DNA from: Perkinsus chesapeaki ATCC PRA-425
Lineage: Eukaryota; Protista; Perkinsozoa
Assembly (NCBI GenBank): GCA_013115145.1
Contig: JAAPAO010000033.1
Coordinates: 1 to 64,000, forward strand
Direction of reading: 5' to 3'
DNA: 64,000 nt
Positions within the stretch are counted from its first letter, which is position 1. Each line of letters begins with the position of its first letter. The notes under the pieces are model-generated. The model saw only the letters and a program-made list of their open reading frames with translations. It was not told where the DNA came from and did not search any database. A program made the position numbers and the translations under genes. This document shows positions 9,082 to 22,573 of the stretch, in pieces.

Positions 9082-10617
9082 CTAGTGCCGAGAAGTAGAG
9101 CCCTGGTACGCCGCCATGTACTGCTCGAAGCAGCTAGCAGCCGCCTTCTTCTTCTTGTGGACATCCTTGGGAACGTTACCACCAACCAGTACCATGACAT
9201 AAATAGCTAGCAATGCCTGCTGTTGAGTAACAGGCATGCTAGAGACTCCCGAAGTCGATCCTCCACGCTGTAGGATACGCAGTGTACTGCGCACCCTGTT
9301 CACGTACTCTCGAGCTTCCACCGGATGCAGAGTCACATGATCATAACGACCCAGACTACACCGATTTCCGCTTTCGACTACATGAGCAAGAGTACTCAAG
9401 GTTAGGACGCCAGGAGTCTTAACCCTGATACGCAGCTCACAGCGATACCCACCAAGATACGTGGGATCACGACTAAGACGAGAGTCAAAAGAGTTAAACA
9501 TAACCTCAAGTTGTCGCACAAGATTGCGGTACGACGCCAGCTTCTTGGGGACATTCCACCTCAAAGCATGGTTAGTACTGCGAATCGAGTGCCACAACCG
9601 AGGATAAAATAATACAAAGGCCTCAACGGCATCATTATCGATGCCGGGGATGTCGATATCGGTCTTAAATCTTATAGATCCGCTATCGACACCACCGAGG
9701 TCGTAAAGAAAAGAACGACTACTACAAATAGAACTAGTAAACAGACAAATGTCGTTACAGAGGCCAGTACGGCCTAGGTCATATGCTCTTACAGAAAATG
9801 TCCCACAGGGGACGAGCATACTATCAAAAGTAGAAATATACAGAGAGGTTAAGGGACACTTCTGCCCGTACAACCCTAGCAAGAGTGGACCTTGGTACAC
9901 TGCTTGCAGAGCTTCCGACAGAAGCCATCCACTTAACCTAAAGGCACCTCCAATGACCGTGCCTGGGAAGGCATTGGGTACCATGGAGATGCAGTAGCGG
10001 TGACGCAGATAGTCACAGAATGCATCTCTATCGAGAGTATTCTCGACAAAGAGCATATACGGAGAATCAGCCACCGTAATGAATGATGGATCGAGTCCAT
10101 CAGGCTCGTGACTGACACCAGTTAGGTGCCAAGATTCACTAACCTTCTCAAGTACTGAGTAGTCCACTGGGACTAAGAAGTAATCTATGTCTAACCCATA
10201 CGGGAAAGTCATAGATACTCCCTCGTCATCAGCTTGTACCACAGTAGAGCCTTGAGACTCACTACCAGTAGCCGACCCACCGCTCTGGACCATCTCGTCA
10301 CCCGACAGAACCACCGTCCCTGACTCAGAGGGAGAGTCAGGGATAACAATAACCGTCGAACCACTTGTGGTGGAAGTAGGCGACACCACTGCTTCGGCCT
10401 TCACCACCTCATCCGAGATCACCACAGGACTAGGAAGGGACAGGATCGGAGAAGTAGGCTCACGATCCATATCACTAGTGCCTGCTGGCAAGCAATTGCC
10501 GCCCCTCAAATGATTCTTCATCTGAGGTTTGGCAATTAGCTTACCACATCTCGGACAAGGCTCCTTGACATACTTGCGGCCAGCGGCGGTGGACGAACGA
10601 CGGCGGGTGGCGACCAT
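9082..10617 (-). CDS. Intronless 511-aa orphan protein with N-terminal C2HC-type zinc finger and Ser-rich linker
   Basis: Uninterrupted 1536-bp ORF. Contains CPRCGKLIAKPQMKNHLRGGNC and basic NLS-like runs (TRRR, KKKK). The C-terminal ~370-aa domain is not recognised. Confidence 0.75.
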   Translation of the reverse strand: MVATRRRSSTAAGRKYVKEPCPRCGKLIAKPQMKNHLRGGNCLPAGTSDMDREPTSPILSLPSPVVISDEVVKAEAVVSPTSTTSGSTVIVIPDSPSESGTVVLSGDEMVQSGGSATGSESQGSTVVQADDEGVSMTFPYGLDIDYFLVPVDYSVLEKVSESWHLTGVSHEPDGLDPSFITVADSPYMLFVENTLDRDAFCDYLRHRYCISMVPNAFPGTVIGGAFRLSGWLLSEALQAVYQGPLLLGLYGQKCPLTSLYISTFDSMLVPCGTFSVRAYDLGRTGLCNDICLFTSSICSSRSFLYDLGGVDSGSIRFKTDIDIPGIDNDAVEAFVLFYPRLWHSIRSTNHALRWNVPKKLASYRNLVRQLEVMFNSFDSRLSRDPTYLGGYRCELRIRVKTPGVLTLSTLAHVVESGNRCSLGRYDHVTLHPVEAREYVNRVRSTLRILQRGGSTSGVSSMPVTQQQALLAIYVMVLVGGNVPKDVHKKKKAAASCFEQYMAAYQGSTSRH

Positions 10618-10649
10618 TATTAATAAGAGTATTTAGCGTGTTAATACAA

Positions 10650-10672
10650 CTGACAGAAAAGTGAGGAAGCGT
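10650..10672 (-). promoter_or_regulatory. Putative trans-splice acceptor (polypyrimidine tract + AG) for the 511-aa ORF
   Basis: Minus strand CGCTTCCTCACTTTTCTGTCAG lies 33 nt upstream of the ATG, with no evident upstream donor exon. Confidence 0.4.
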
Positions 10673-10797
10673 AAACTTGCCCGAACAGTGGTCACCAAAT
10701 TTATTTAATCACCCGGAGGTTCGATCATCCCTCTGAGATGGACCATCCGAGACGAGCCATCCTTCATGACCACTGGCCAGTGAAGCAACCGTAAGTG

Positions 10798-13318
<2,521 letters not shown>

Positions 13319-13751
13319 GTAAGGAATGAATAAAGACCTGGCGGAGTGGGGTAATTATTGCCACTTTAACACAACACAGCATCTTATTCAATGAAACACG
13401 AAATAATTGAGATGAACACCAGTGTTTATTGTTAACGCTGACAGGCCTGTTTCATAACATTATCCTGTTACTAATATGACTCATATTTATATGTTAACAT
13501 ATCGCTAGTATATCCGCAGCACACTCTCTGATGCGTAATTCACTACTGACCTGGCAACGCCGTAATAAGTCAACAATATCGGATGGTAGATGCTCGCAGT
13601 CCTTCGAACTCTGACAGCAGCCCAGTGATACAAGCACCTGATAGTTATATAGACATTCACATCGCATATGCATGGAAGGACGCTCATCCTGATACTAATG
13701 GCACTCTAAGCCTGGTAATGCCCCCTTATTACTCTGTAAAGTATCTCAGAA

Positions 13752-16700
13752 TCACCAAGTTGAATCTGCCTTAGAGTCCCCAGAATGAAAGGTGCAACTG
13801 CTTTGTAGCTCAGCCCCAATGCCTTGTCTGGTACAGCTTCGGAGATATTCACAATAACCTGTACACCAACGCTCAACATCAAACCCCAAAATTTCCGGAA
13901 TTACCGAAGCACAGGCAATCCTTGTATGCTTGTTTGTAGATTGTGTTATAGCACAAGTGACTGCCGGCAGAACCACCTTAGGGGCCATATCACACAAGAC
14001 CGTTCGATTGGTACCTACGATACTATGCGAAGAAGGAGGGACACACACATTACTGAAGGCAGCCATATTAGCCAGGAACCTTGAACAACATATGCTCAAA
14101 GGCGATGAACATGTTGCAGGGTCCCGAAGGTATTTACTAACCATTTGCACATACACCAGTCCTCTGAAAGATATGAATGATAATCTTGATGCAAGGTAAA
14201 AAAGAGAGGAATTTTGGTGATAAACAAGCACCTCATCGTTTTTACCTGTCAGCGCTCTTGAAGACATCAGCTCCATTCTCTTCAAGTAGCATCATTCGTG
14301 CTAAGTCCACACCAACAAAGAGGCCTTGATCAGGTTTCCATGTTGGTAGTAATCTAGACCATAGAGTATAGATCGATTCGTATTGAAACTAATGATACCA
14401 TTCATGAACTATAGCCCAAACTGCTAGTATATTACCTTCTTATTTCTCGATGAAGTCTTTAAAACATCAATCATCGCATCTAGGCTGACCATTTCCTCAC
14501 TTGATAGCTTTGCTTTATCACCTGCACATTACCATATCTCCAACCCTAGCCACAATAAACTACTACCATTGGGTATAGCATCATTAAGCTCATGTAGCTT
14601 TTTCTTCATTGAATCAAATTTAGCATCCTGCCAGTTGAACATTACCTCAATAGTACTCTTACATTTTACCTTGAATAGTATCGGATCCATTAAGGGGAAA
14701 TGTTTCATATGATGAGCTGGTACACTACTCTGAGGTGTATTATTCGCCTAATAATACCATCATGTTGCCATAAACCATCTACAATACTACCTGTGATGAT
14801 GGAGGTGGTACTGATTGAGCTGCTGATTGAGACGGTACTGTGGCCGCCGAACTAGCTGATGCCCCTTGTGTATTGGTCTTTATAAAATCCATTATCTGGT
14901 GTATGTTAGATTTATCAATCTACATATATGAGGGAAGTATGATACTTTTGTAATTAAAGTAATTTATATTCTACCTGTTCACGGGCACAAAACTTCTCAG
15001 CTGTTACTAACGGATTGTCCCCATTATTAAACGGTAACTGTGCCATCCTACAACGAGCAGCAACGATGATGTTCTAACCCCACCCGAATTGTAATACCTC
15101 TCCGCAGAGCCAAGTTCAACATCAAATACATAATCATAAGAACCCGCTGGGAAGTACTGGTCACCCGGATACTGTTTCTTATCTGCTTTACCAGTTACCA
15201 CACCTAATAATCCGTGTTATTACTAAACCATACTTAAGCATTACCAATCTGTTGCCAAGCACCACTAGCCCACTGACATGCAATAACTTCATTCCCTCGT
15301 CTAAACATCTTGACTTCACCGTTTTTACGACCTTTAGTCGTATACCTATTTCAATACTAATCATAGTACACACCCTATGCCTTACATTGTATTAATATCT
15401 GGTACTGAATCGAGTGGGACAGCACTAGCACCTTTACCAGCTGCCTCAGCTGCACTTGCTTCGGCCAATGATTTCAAAGTCTCTCTTTCCTCTAATGGTG
15501 CCATCTAACACTAGATGCCAAAGAAGGGGCATCACTAATACTACCAGATCAACTTCATTTGTCCATATCCTTACAATACCATCACTACATCCAGATACAA
15601 TAACCCCTTTAGATATCTGCTTAACACACCATACCGTGCCTGGATGTAGTAACGAGTTGCCTGTTGGTGTGGTTGACTCTAACGGCGACCAGAACTGAAC
15701 GGCAACAGTAAGATTAGGCGAAGGCTGGGGAACTACCTTGACATTTCTATCATCACTGGCTGTGGTTAGTAGACCAAAATCCCAATCGCAACCAAAGACA
15801 AATCCACTATGACCAGCCAGAGTGACAGTAGATGAAGGTATGTTATATCCACATCCATCCTCCCTTAGCTCGGGTGCAGGCCACACCTACTATGAGGTAC
15901 GTTAATACCGAAACTTTATAGTCTCACCTTAACCATACAATCGTTACTGACGCTTGCAAAACTACCAGATGAGGCATCAACAGCAAATGCTCGAATGATA
16001 TCCTCATGAGCATGAGGGATAGAGCCTGCGAATGGATGTTGTGAAAATTGATGTAGAAATATATTACCAAGCAATGTCCCATCGGATATGTTCCAAAACT
16101 TGATAACACCATCTTGAGCACCTAATTACATGACCTCTAGCTAAAAATGCCACAATTTACACTTGTTGGTTGTCAGGTGACTTGTAGTATACAAGTTTAA
16201 CATTGAGATGAGTTTAATATCCTACTATTCTAGTGATATTAGCCATCATCGTAGGCAAATTCAGTTTCGCCGTTCGCTATCAGCAAAATGGTCTATCATT
16301 CTTGTAACCAGCAACAGCTTTACGAGAGACCGCGTGTGAATATCCCTGTGTTGCTGAGAGCCCGGTACCCAGTGCAACACCTGGAATGAGCAAAGTTCAC
16401 CATTTCTGCGTCTGAACTCCTGGAACAACTCTCCAACGTATGCCTCCGTGAATCACAAGGGTTGAAAGTTTTTTGTGTGTTTGGTGGAACATTCCCCTAC
16501 CCCTTCAGTGTTGTGTCCACCCGTTATTACCAGTGAAGCATAGTTTATCATCTGCGGACACTGCAACTGTGACAGCATACTTTCCTGCTTCTCCTATAAT
16601 AAAGATAATCAACAAGATAGGAGTTAGTATAAAATACCTTTCCATATTGGCTCCTCAGTTTGCCCATCTATACGCCAGCATTTAACCATACCATCCCATC

Positions 16701-17253
16701 CTCCAGAGAGCACACTACCGTCTAATATTGTCGATAATGCCTCCGATCTATCACAAGCCAAGTATTACCTTTTGAAACTGCTATCGAGCTAACAGCTCCA
16801 TCATGAGCATTAGTTACTCTCCATAACACATTTCCATCACTCACTCTAACATGTGCTATAGATTGATCTTTTGATCCGGATAGGTATGTCTCCTCAGTGT
16901 ATTGTGATGCTTGGCTTGGTACACTCGCAAGACAGTATATATATCTAAACTAGCGTGTTTACTGTTAGCGGTAATGTCAAAGACAAGGATCCTTTGAATT
17001 TCGAGTTTAATAAGTCCCGGTTATACTACTACCCATTGTTAGGTGTATGTTTTGCTGCCATTCTATATTTACCATTATCGTCTGGCTTCCATACGATAAC
17101 GGTCTTATCCAATGATCCAGATAATACACTATCAAGATAATTCACTAGTCCAATGACACAAACGGATTACGTTTTATCTTGCAGGACAGCTAAGCAGCGG
17201 ACGTCGCCAGAATGGCCCTCTAGCTGCTGCCCGATTTCATAATCAGTTTCCAT
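13752..17253 (-). CDS. PLAA: Phospholipase A2-activating protein / Doa1-Ufd3 (WD40-PFU-PUL)
   Basis: LEGHSGDVRCL, LSGSLDKTVIVW, SGGWDGMVKCW, TLAGHSGFV, HPGTVWCV, SGCSDGIVRIW. PFU-like GDQYFPAGSYDYVFDVEL and a helical PUL-like C-terminus. Confidence 0.85.
16262..16474 (+). ncRNA. Candidate structured ncRNA (RNase MRP/P-like layout) inside a 409-nt PLAA intron, antisense to the host gene
   Basis: Helices GGTCT/AGACC, CTTGTAA/TTACGAG (G-U on + strand), GTGTTGC/GCAACAC and AGTTCA/TGAACT. GAATATCCCTG and CACAAGGGTTGA resemble CR-I and CR-V. Ends in a T6 run. Confidence 0.3.
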
Positions 17254-17505
17254 TACGACAAAAAAACTGTACTTCACATAAACCGGCAACCACATCACGC
17301 AGCGGCGCGGTGACGGTGACAGCCATCTGTATCTTGAATTCTTGATGAGCCTTGCGTTTCCCTTACAGGGTCGCAAGATTGGTGCGGCGGCGTTGTTCGT
17401 CTCTTTGGTGGTCCTCTTAGGCTACTATGCTTCAAGTAGACCCGATTGAGTAATATTTCCACTGTTAATTGAAGGATTTCGGTTATTCGCTCCGTTTAAC
17501 TCAAG
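17254..17505. promoter_or_regulatory. Short GC-rich region between divergent PLAA and 14-3-3 starts
   Basis: 252 bp between head-to-head ATGs, locally rich in GC and CG. Confidence 0.4.
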
Positions 17506-18391
17506 ATGTCTGATGAACGCGAGAAGAATGTCTACATCAGCAAGCTGGCCGAACAAGCCGAGCGTTACGACGAGATGGCTGATTACATGAAAGCAGTCGC
17601 TGAAACAGGAACTGAACTCAGTGTCGAGGTGAGTATTCTATATTATGGTTATATATAATATCTCCAACTATATCCCCCTTCCATTACACTAACCATGTTA
17701 CAATCCTCAAATAATACTCTTAACATCCCCTTCATGAATGTTACGACCGTTTCGAATCACTATAATTGTCTTTTCTTAGGAACGCAATCTGCTATCCGTC
17801 GCCTACAAGAATGCTGTTGGATCTCGTCGTGCCTCTTGGAGGATCGTCTCGTCAGTTGAGCAAAAGGAGTCGAGCAAGGGCAACACTACTAATGCTGAGA
17901 TTGCCAAGGGCTACAGGGTGAAGGTTGAGACTGAGCTACAGGAGATCTGCGATAAGATCCTCAACCTCCTCGACAAGTACTTAATTCCGTCTTCCCAGAC
18001 TGGCGAGTCCCAAGTCTTCTACTATAAGATGAAGGGTGATTATTATCGTTACATTGCGGAGTTCAGCTCCGGTGATACTAAGAGCAAGGCTGCTGATGAT
18101 GCTTATCAAGCTTACAAAGAAGCTACTTCAATTGCTCAGAAGGAGCTCCTTGTTACACATCCTATCCGTCTAGGTCTCGCCCTCAACTTCTCTGTCTTCT
18201 ATTATGAAGTACTTAATCAGCCTGATGAGGCTTGTAAGATGGCTAGACAGAGCTTTGAGGACGCTATTGCTGAATTGGATAACGTCAGTGAGGATAGCTA
18301 TAAGGATTCTACCCTCATCATGCAGCTATTGCGTGATAACCTAACCTTATGGACCTCTGATCAAGATGGTGGTGAGGGTGGTGCCAACTAA
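17506..18391 (+). CDS. 14-3-3: 14-3-3 protein (exons 17506-17628 and 17780-18391)
   Basis: [73 protein letters not shown]. Confidence 0.98.
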
Positions 18392-18828
18392 GCATTGTAA
18401 GATTAATGTCGGTTGGTAAAATATTATTCCATACCGTCATTAAGTGGTGAGATGCTGAATTATGTGTCGATAGTATACCCATTTAAGGTCATACTACCGC
18501 TGCTGATGATCGTAATTGTTTAAATACTTGTCTTGTGTTAATAAGTTAATAAACCAACAAACGTTGTGAATATTTAGAGGTAATTACCACGTGTGCATCA
18601 TCTGTGAAATTGTTGTTCCATAATACCCTTATGTATTATGAAGTATATCTGTTATTCTGTGTTCATGCGTTATTTCTAGACTTGTATTCTATACACTTCT
18701 CGATAGCAACACAACTAACTTCAATCGATTCATGAAACACACTGGTTCATAAAACGTTACAAGTTATCGTGTAACATCAGTTAAAAAATAACAATATTCG
18801 CAGTTACACTAGTGTGAGATGAACGAGC

Positions 18829-20831
18829 TTAAGCTACTCGCTGGTGGTCAATGCAAAACTGTTTAATACGGTAACATGCTTCAACAATTTTATCCTTGGG
18901 AGGGGTAATGACTATCCTGAAGAAATCCTTGAGCTGGAAGCATTGACCAGGTAAGACAAAGACAGCTTGTTCTTCGAGGAGTAACCTAGGGGAGAAAAAC
19001 GTGTAAACTGCTGTTGTGAAGGACGGTATTACCTGCTAAAGTTGATATCATCTTTCACATTAATAACACTAGTGTCAATTCCAATCATCACATACATAGC
19101 AGCCTAATTCTATTTTTATTGACCATGAATTCATATATACCTTACTTGTGGTTCAACAACTGTCAGACCGGGTATGCCCTTTAGTGTATCCACAATAACT
19201 CGGGAATTCTCAGATAGCTAAGAATGAACAATCATCATCATAATAATAATCTTCATCACAGCATCTCTACTCAGTACCATTCGCTTGTTGCTATCATGAT
19301 AAAAAGTTGGGGTATCCTTGAGTAAGCTCGGTACCTGATGAAAAGTCGGTACAACTGTTTTAAGTGTGATGTTGAGCATCATATAACATACAACCGATTG
19401 AAGGAGACTGGCTGGCCCTAAAGTCAATGTGGAAAGATCATGTAGCCCTTGACGGACATCTTCCATCACTCCACCTAAATAGGTTAAGTTATGGCCAACA
19501 CAATAACCACCTACCTCGATCATGCAGGCATACCCAACCCACTCTCCATCCAGGGACCATAAACCTACATAATGATACACCGGCGGACATGTTACATCAC
19601 ATCATCTAACCGCTTGGCTATGCCTCCTATTGATAATATGGGTACAGTATCAGACACTGATGCAAATGGTGTAACAGGCATACCATCAAATGACTAATAA
19701 CAGGAAACATAATCAAAGAATTTAGGAACACTTACCATATCGTGGTAAATCTCATCAGCGATGATAGGTATATTATCATAACTGAAAAATAAGAGAAGAA
19801 TACTACAATTGGGAACAACCTTTTGTGTACCTCTGACATAGTTTAATAACATCCCTAATATGTTCTTGGGACCAGTTGCTACCACAAGGGTTACTTGGAT
19901 TGTTTAGTAGCACTGCTTTAGCGTTGCCTTTATTATACTCCAAGCACTTTTGTAAAGAATCCATATCAACCTATACTAGAAGCATAACATCCTCTTGTTT
20001 TACTATGTTGATTTTCACCTCAAACTTTCTATCACTTCTCAAATTATAAAAGTCAACACCGATACCCCTTGAAGAACACAGGGTATCTAAGACAGAGTGC
20101 TTATATAGTGTACACCTAGGATGACATCAACTATATAGAGGAAAGGCTGGCCGTGGAAGCAATACTGTGTCCTTTCCATTAGCATTTGCCAGAACTGCTA
20201 TTGACATATCGATTGCCTACAATAATATAAGTAGCATGGTGCTTTAGAATGTGTTACCTGACTTGCACCACATGTCATAATAACATCATCTACTGTTGGT
20301 ACAGGGTGATCTGATCGAACACTTTAAAATGAGCTGCAGGTCTCTGTTGAATACCCGAATTAACAGAGTTTTCATCAGCTACAGCTTGCCGAGCTGCAGC
20401 ATAACCACACGAATGAGGATAACCATTATAGGAGAAGGACCTGTTGGACCCACAAGTCAAAATATCTACTCTTTTCAAACGGTGTATCGATTACTGACAC
20501 TTCAACCGTTATTCGTTGGCTTACCGAACATTCTCACGTAGCACGCTGTCTACGATGTGCTGAGGGGCTCTGAAGTTACCATATACGGTCGGATCTCCAA
20601 TCGAGAGCTGTATAAATGAAGTGTAGATGGGACGCTGTGATGAGGTGCTTCTGTATTACAGGTATGGTTTCTAAACTAGGGTTTGGTGTAACCTTTAGTT
20701 GATCAACTATTTTCCTATTAGCAAGCATTAGGGTTACTTGAACGGTCAGGCATTCACCTTATCGGGTTCGAAGTCCTAGCAGCAACTAAACTCTTTGGGA
20801 TAGCCCTATGTAGATCCGGTGCTACAGGCAT
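18829..20831 (-). CDS. TAT: Tyrosine aminotransferase (class I PLP-dependent)
   Basis: TSNPIR, LSIGDPTVYGN, YNGYPHSCG, IIADEIYHDM, SIGGIAKR/FMVPGWRVGW (PLP lysine), LLEEQAVFVL, FFRIVIT. Confidence 0.9.
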
Positions 20832-21093
20832 GATGTCAGACAAAAAACAGATGCGGTAAAGGGGAGAAGCCAAACTAACATAGAAAGGCTGCAAGTCACT
20901 GAAGATACATTAATATAACCACAAGTAGCATAGGCAGGTAAAGAAAACGTATGTCATGTATACAGCGCTAGTTACATAACAGTTACTCCCTCAACAGTAA
21001 CTAAGTTACTTAGCCAGAGTAGTAGCCCGATGGTTGTAACAAACAGGTGGTCAAACATGATAGACATAAAACAATGATATTGATGATTCTAGC

Positions 21094-22421
21094 TCAGACT
21101 CCCTTGACAGGTCTGACTGCTGCTGCTGCTCTATCACCCAAGTATGCAGTGACTTGCTCATACACCACTAACATAATTCCACCACCTGGTCCAAGGCGAA
21201 GAATCTTTGGAGCCAGACCCTTCCATAATGCAGTTATCTATTATTTATAATACTTAGTTACAGTTGGTTAATACTCACCCCCTCAGTGCGTGCTATATGC
21301 ATCAGTAGAGGTACTGTTCTGCTAGGTACCTATCGTATTCGAATAACTGTGCTCTGATTAATGCTACCCTACAGCTGAGAGTTTTTCGGCATCCATGGGC
21401 CGAGCCTGTTTCAACGCTGATAGGTTTTGCATTCGAGTCTTAACAACATCAAGTGGTGTATTCACACAGCATCCTAGTGAACCAGCGATCGTTCCTAATG
21501 TTAATACATAACTTCATATCAGGAGGTACGGACGGTACCCGCTATGAAATTCATGGATTTACCATCCCCAGTTGTTGAAGACAACGCCGACTTTATAGCA
21601 AATATGCTACCAAAGTACGTACCTGATATTGGGATGCATTATTATTGCCAAATGAAGTGTGATATACCGTTCCAGCATGCATTCCTGAGTAGTGTACAAC
21701 ACAAGCCGGTGAATAGTGCCCCTACTCCCTCTTGTCGAATAATCGATCCTGCAGCCTAAACTAGCATTATGAAATACACGGTGTTTGCTACGTGTTATTA
21801 TACTTGCATGCTTGAAGTATATAAGCCTTTATTGTCAGGTAGTTGCATTCGGATCTTAATAAGCTCAGGAGAGCATACAATAGCTCCCTCACAGACACCT
21901 GCACCAACACCACTCATTAGTGCTAGACTCTGACCATTATATCCATACCTAAACACACCACGACGAGGAAGAGGAGGAGACACGATAATTATGAACAACA
22001 CACCTCCCAAAAGTATCCCGCAGTTCCGAGTTAGCAGAAAATTTTAATGCCCGTTTAGGTGTTTCAGAAAGGAGAGGGAAAAGCATCCCACGATATATAT
22101 GGATACGTTCATGTTTAATAGCTCTACCAAGCACCTGATGAGGAGGGACATTATTATGTACAGGTATATTAATAGGTATATGGCCCGTATACCTACAACG
22201 AACATATTCTCCTGTCGACCAGTACCTGCCATTGCTCTAGTTTTAACGACATCCAAAGGATACCTGTAAGATGAATAACAATACTTAGTAATAAATGAAT
22301 GCTACATAGCAGTTAGTTCTGTCATGCCAGCAATGCCTCCTGCAATAACACTATGAGAGAATGGCACGACAGCAGGAGGGGAAGGAGACTGGGTAATAGC
22401 TGATGATGACGATGACGGCAT
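21094..22421 (-). CDS. SLC25A21: Mitochondrial carrier, 2-oxodicarboxylate carrier-like
   Basis: MYPLDVVKTR, ETPKRALKF, SPELIKIRMQ, NTPLDVVKTRMQ, WKGLAPKILRLGPGGGIMLVVYE. Confidence 0.85.
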
Positions 22422-22573
22422 TATTACAAATGGGGTATATTGGGGTGCAATAGAACAGATAAGAATATCATATATTCATTAACTCAATGGAATATTGATG
22501 CGAAACAATACTACGATATTTGTCAATGAAGCACGACAGTTAGAGTAATACTCCTTATCCTTCTCCTCCTTAC

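Larger units (their letters stand above)
7026..9088. mobile_element. Field of hAT-type excision scars (7-8-7 TSD / inverted TSD / TSD motifs)
   Basis: Perfect: 7026-7047 (GAATAGTT), 7085-7106 (CCCTGAAT), 7188-7209 (ACACCATA), 8461-8482 (TACAGGAC), 8912-8933 (GCCACCAC). One mismatch: 8149-8170, 8269-8290, 8439-8460, 8488-8509, 8813-8834, 8865-8886, 9067-9088. Two mismatches: 8581-8602, 8891-8912. Many additional half-scars are present. Confidence 0.8.

Noticed and set aside
7026-9088. Scar field as a CRISPR array or a series of terminators
   Set aside because: Each unit has a different sequence, there is no constant repeat, 1-nt loops cannot form normal RNA hairpins, and the context is eukaryotic.
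9082-10617. 511-aa ORF as a hAT transposase or tyrosine recombinase (HSIR, HALR)
   Set aside because: No BED-type spacing, DDE triad or hAT dimerisation motif. No catalytic H/W and Tyr at the expected spacing after HxxR.
17492-17505. CTCAAG immediately before the 14-3-3 ATG as a spliced-leader relic
   Set aside because: Only 6 nt match, and the AG is equally explained as a splice acceptor.
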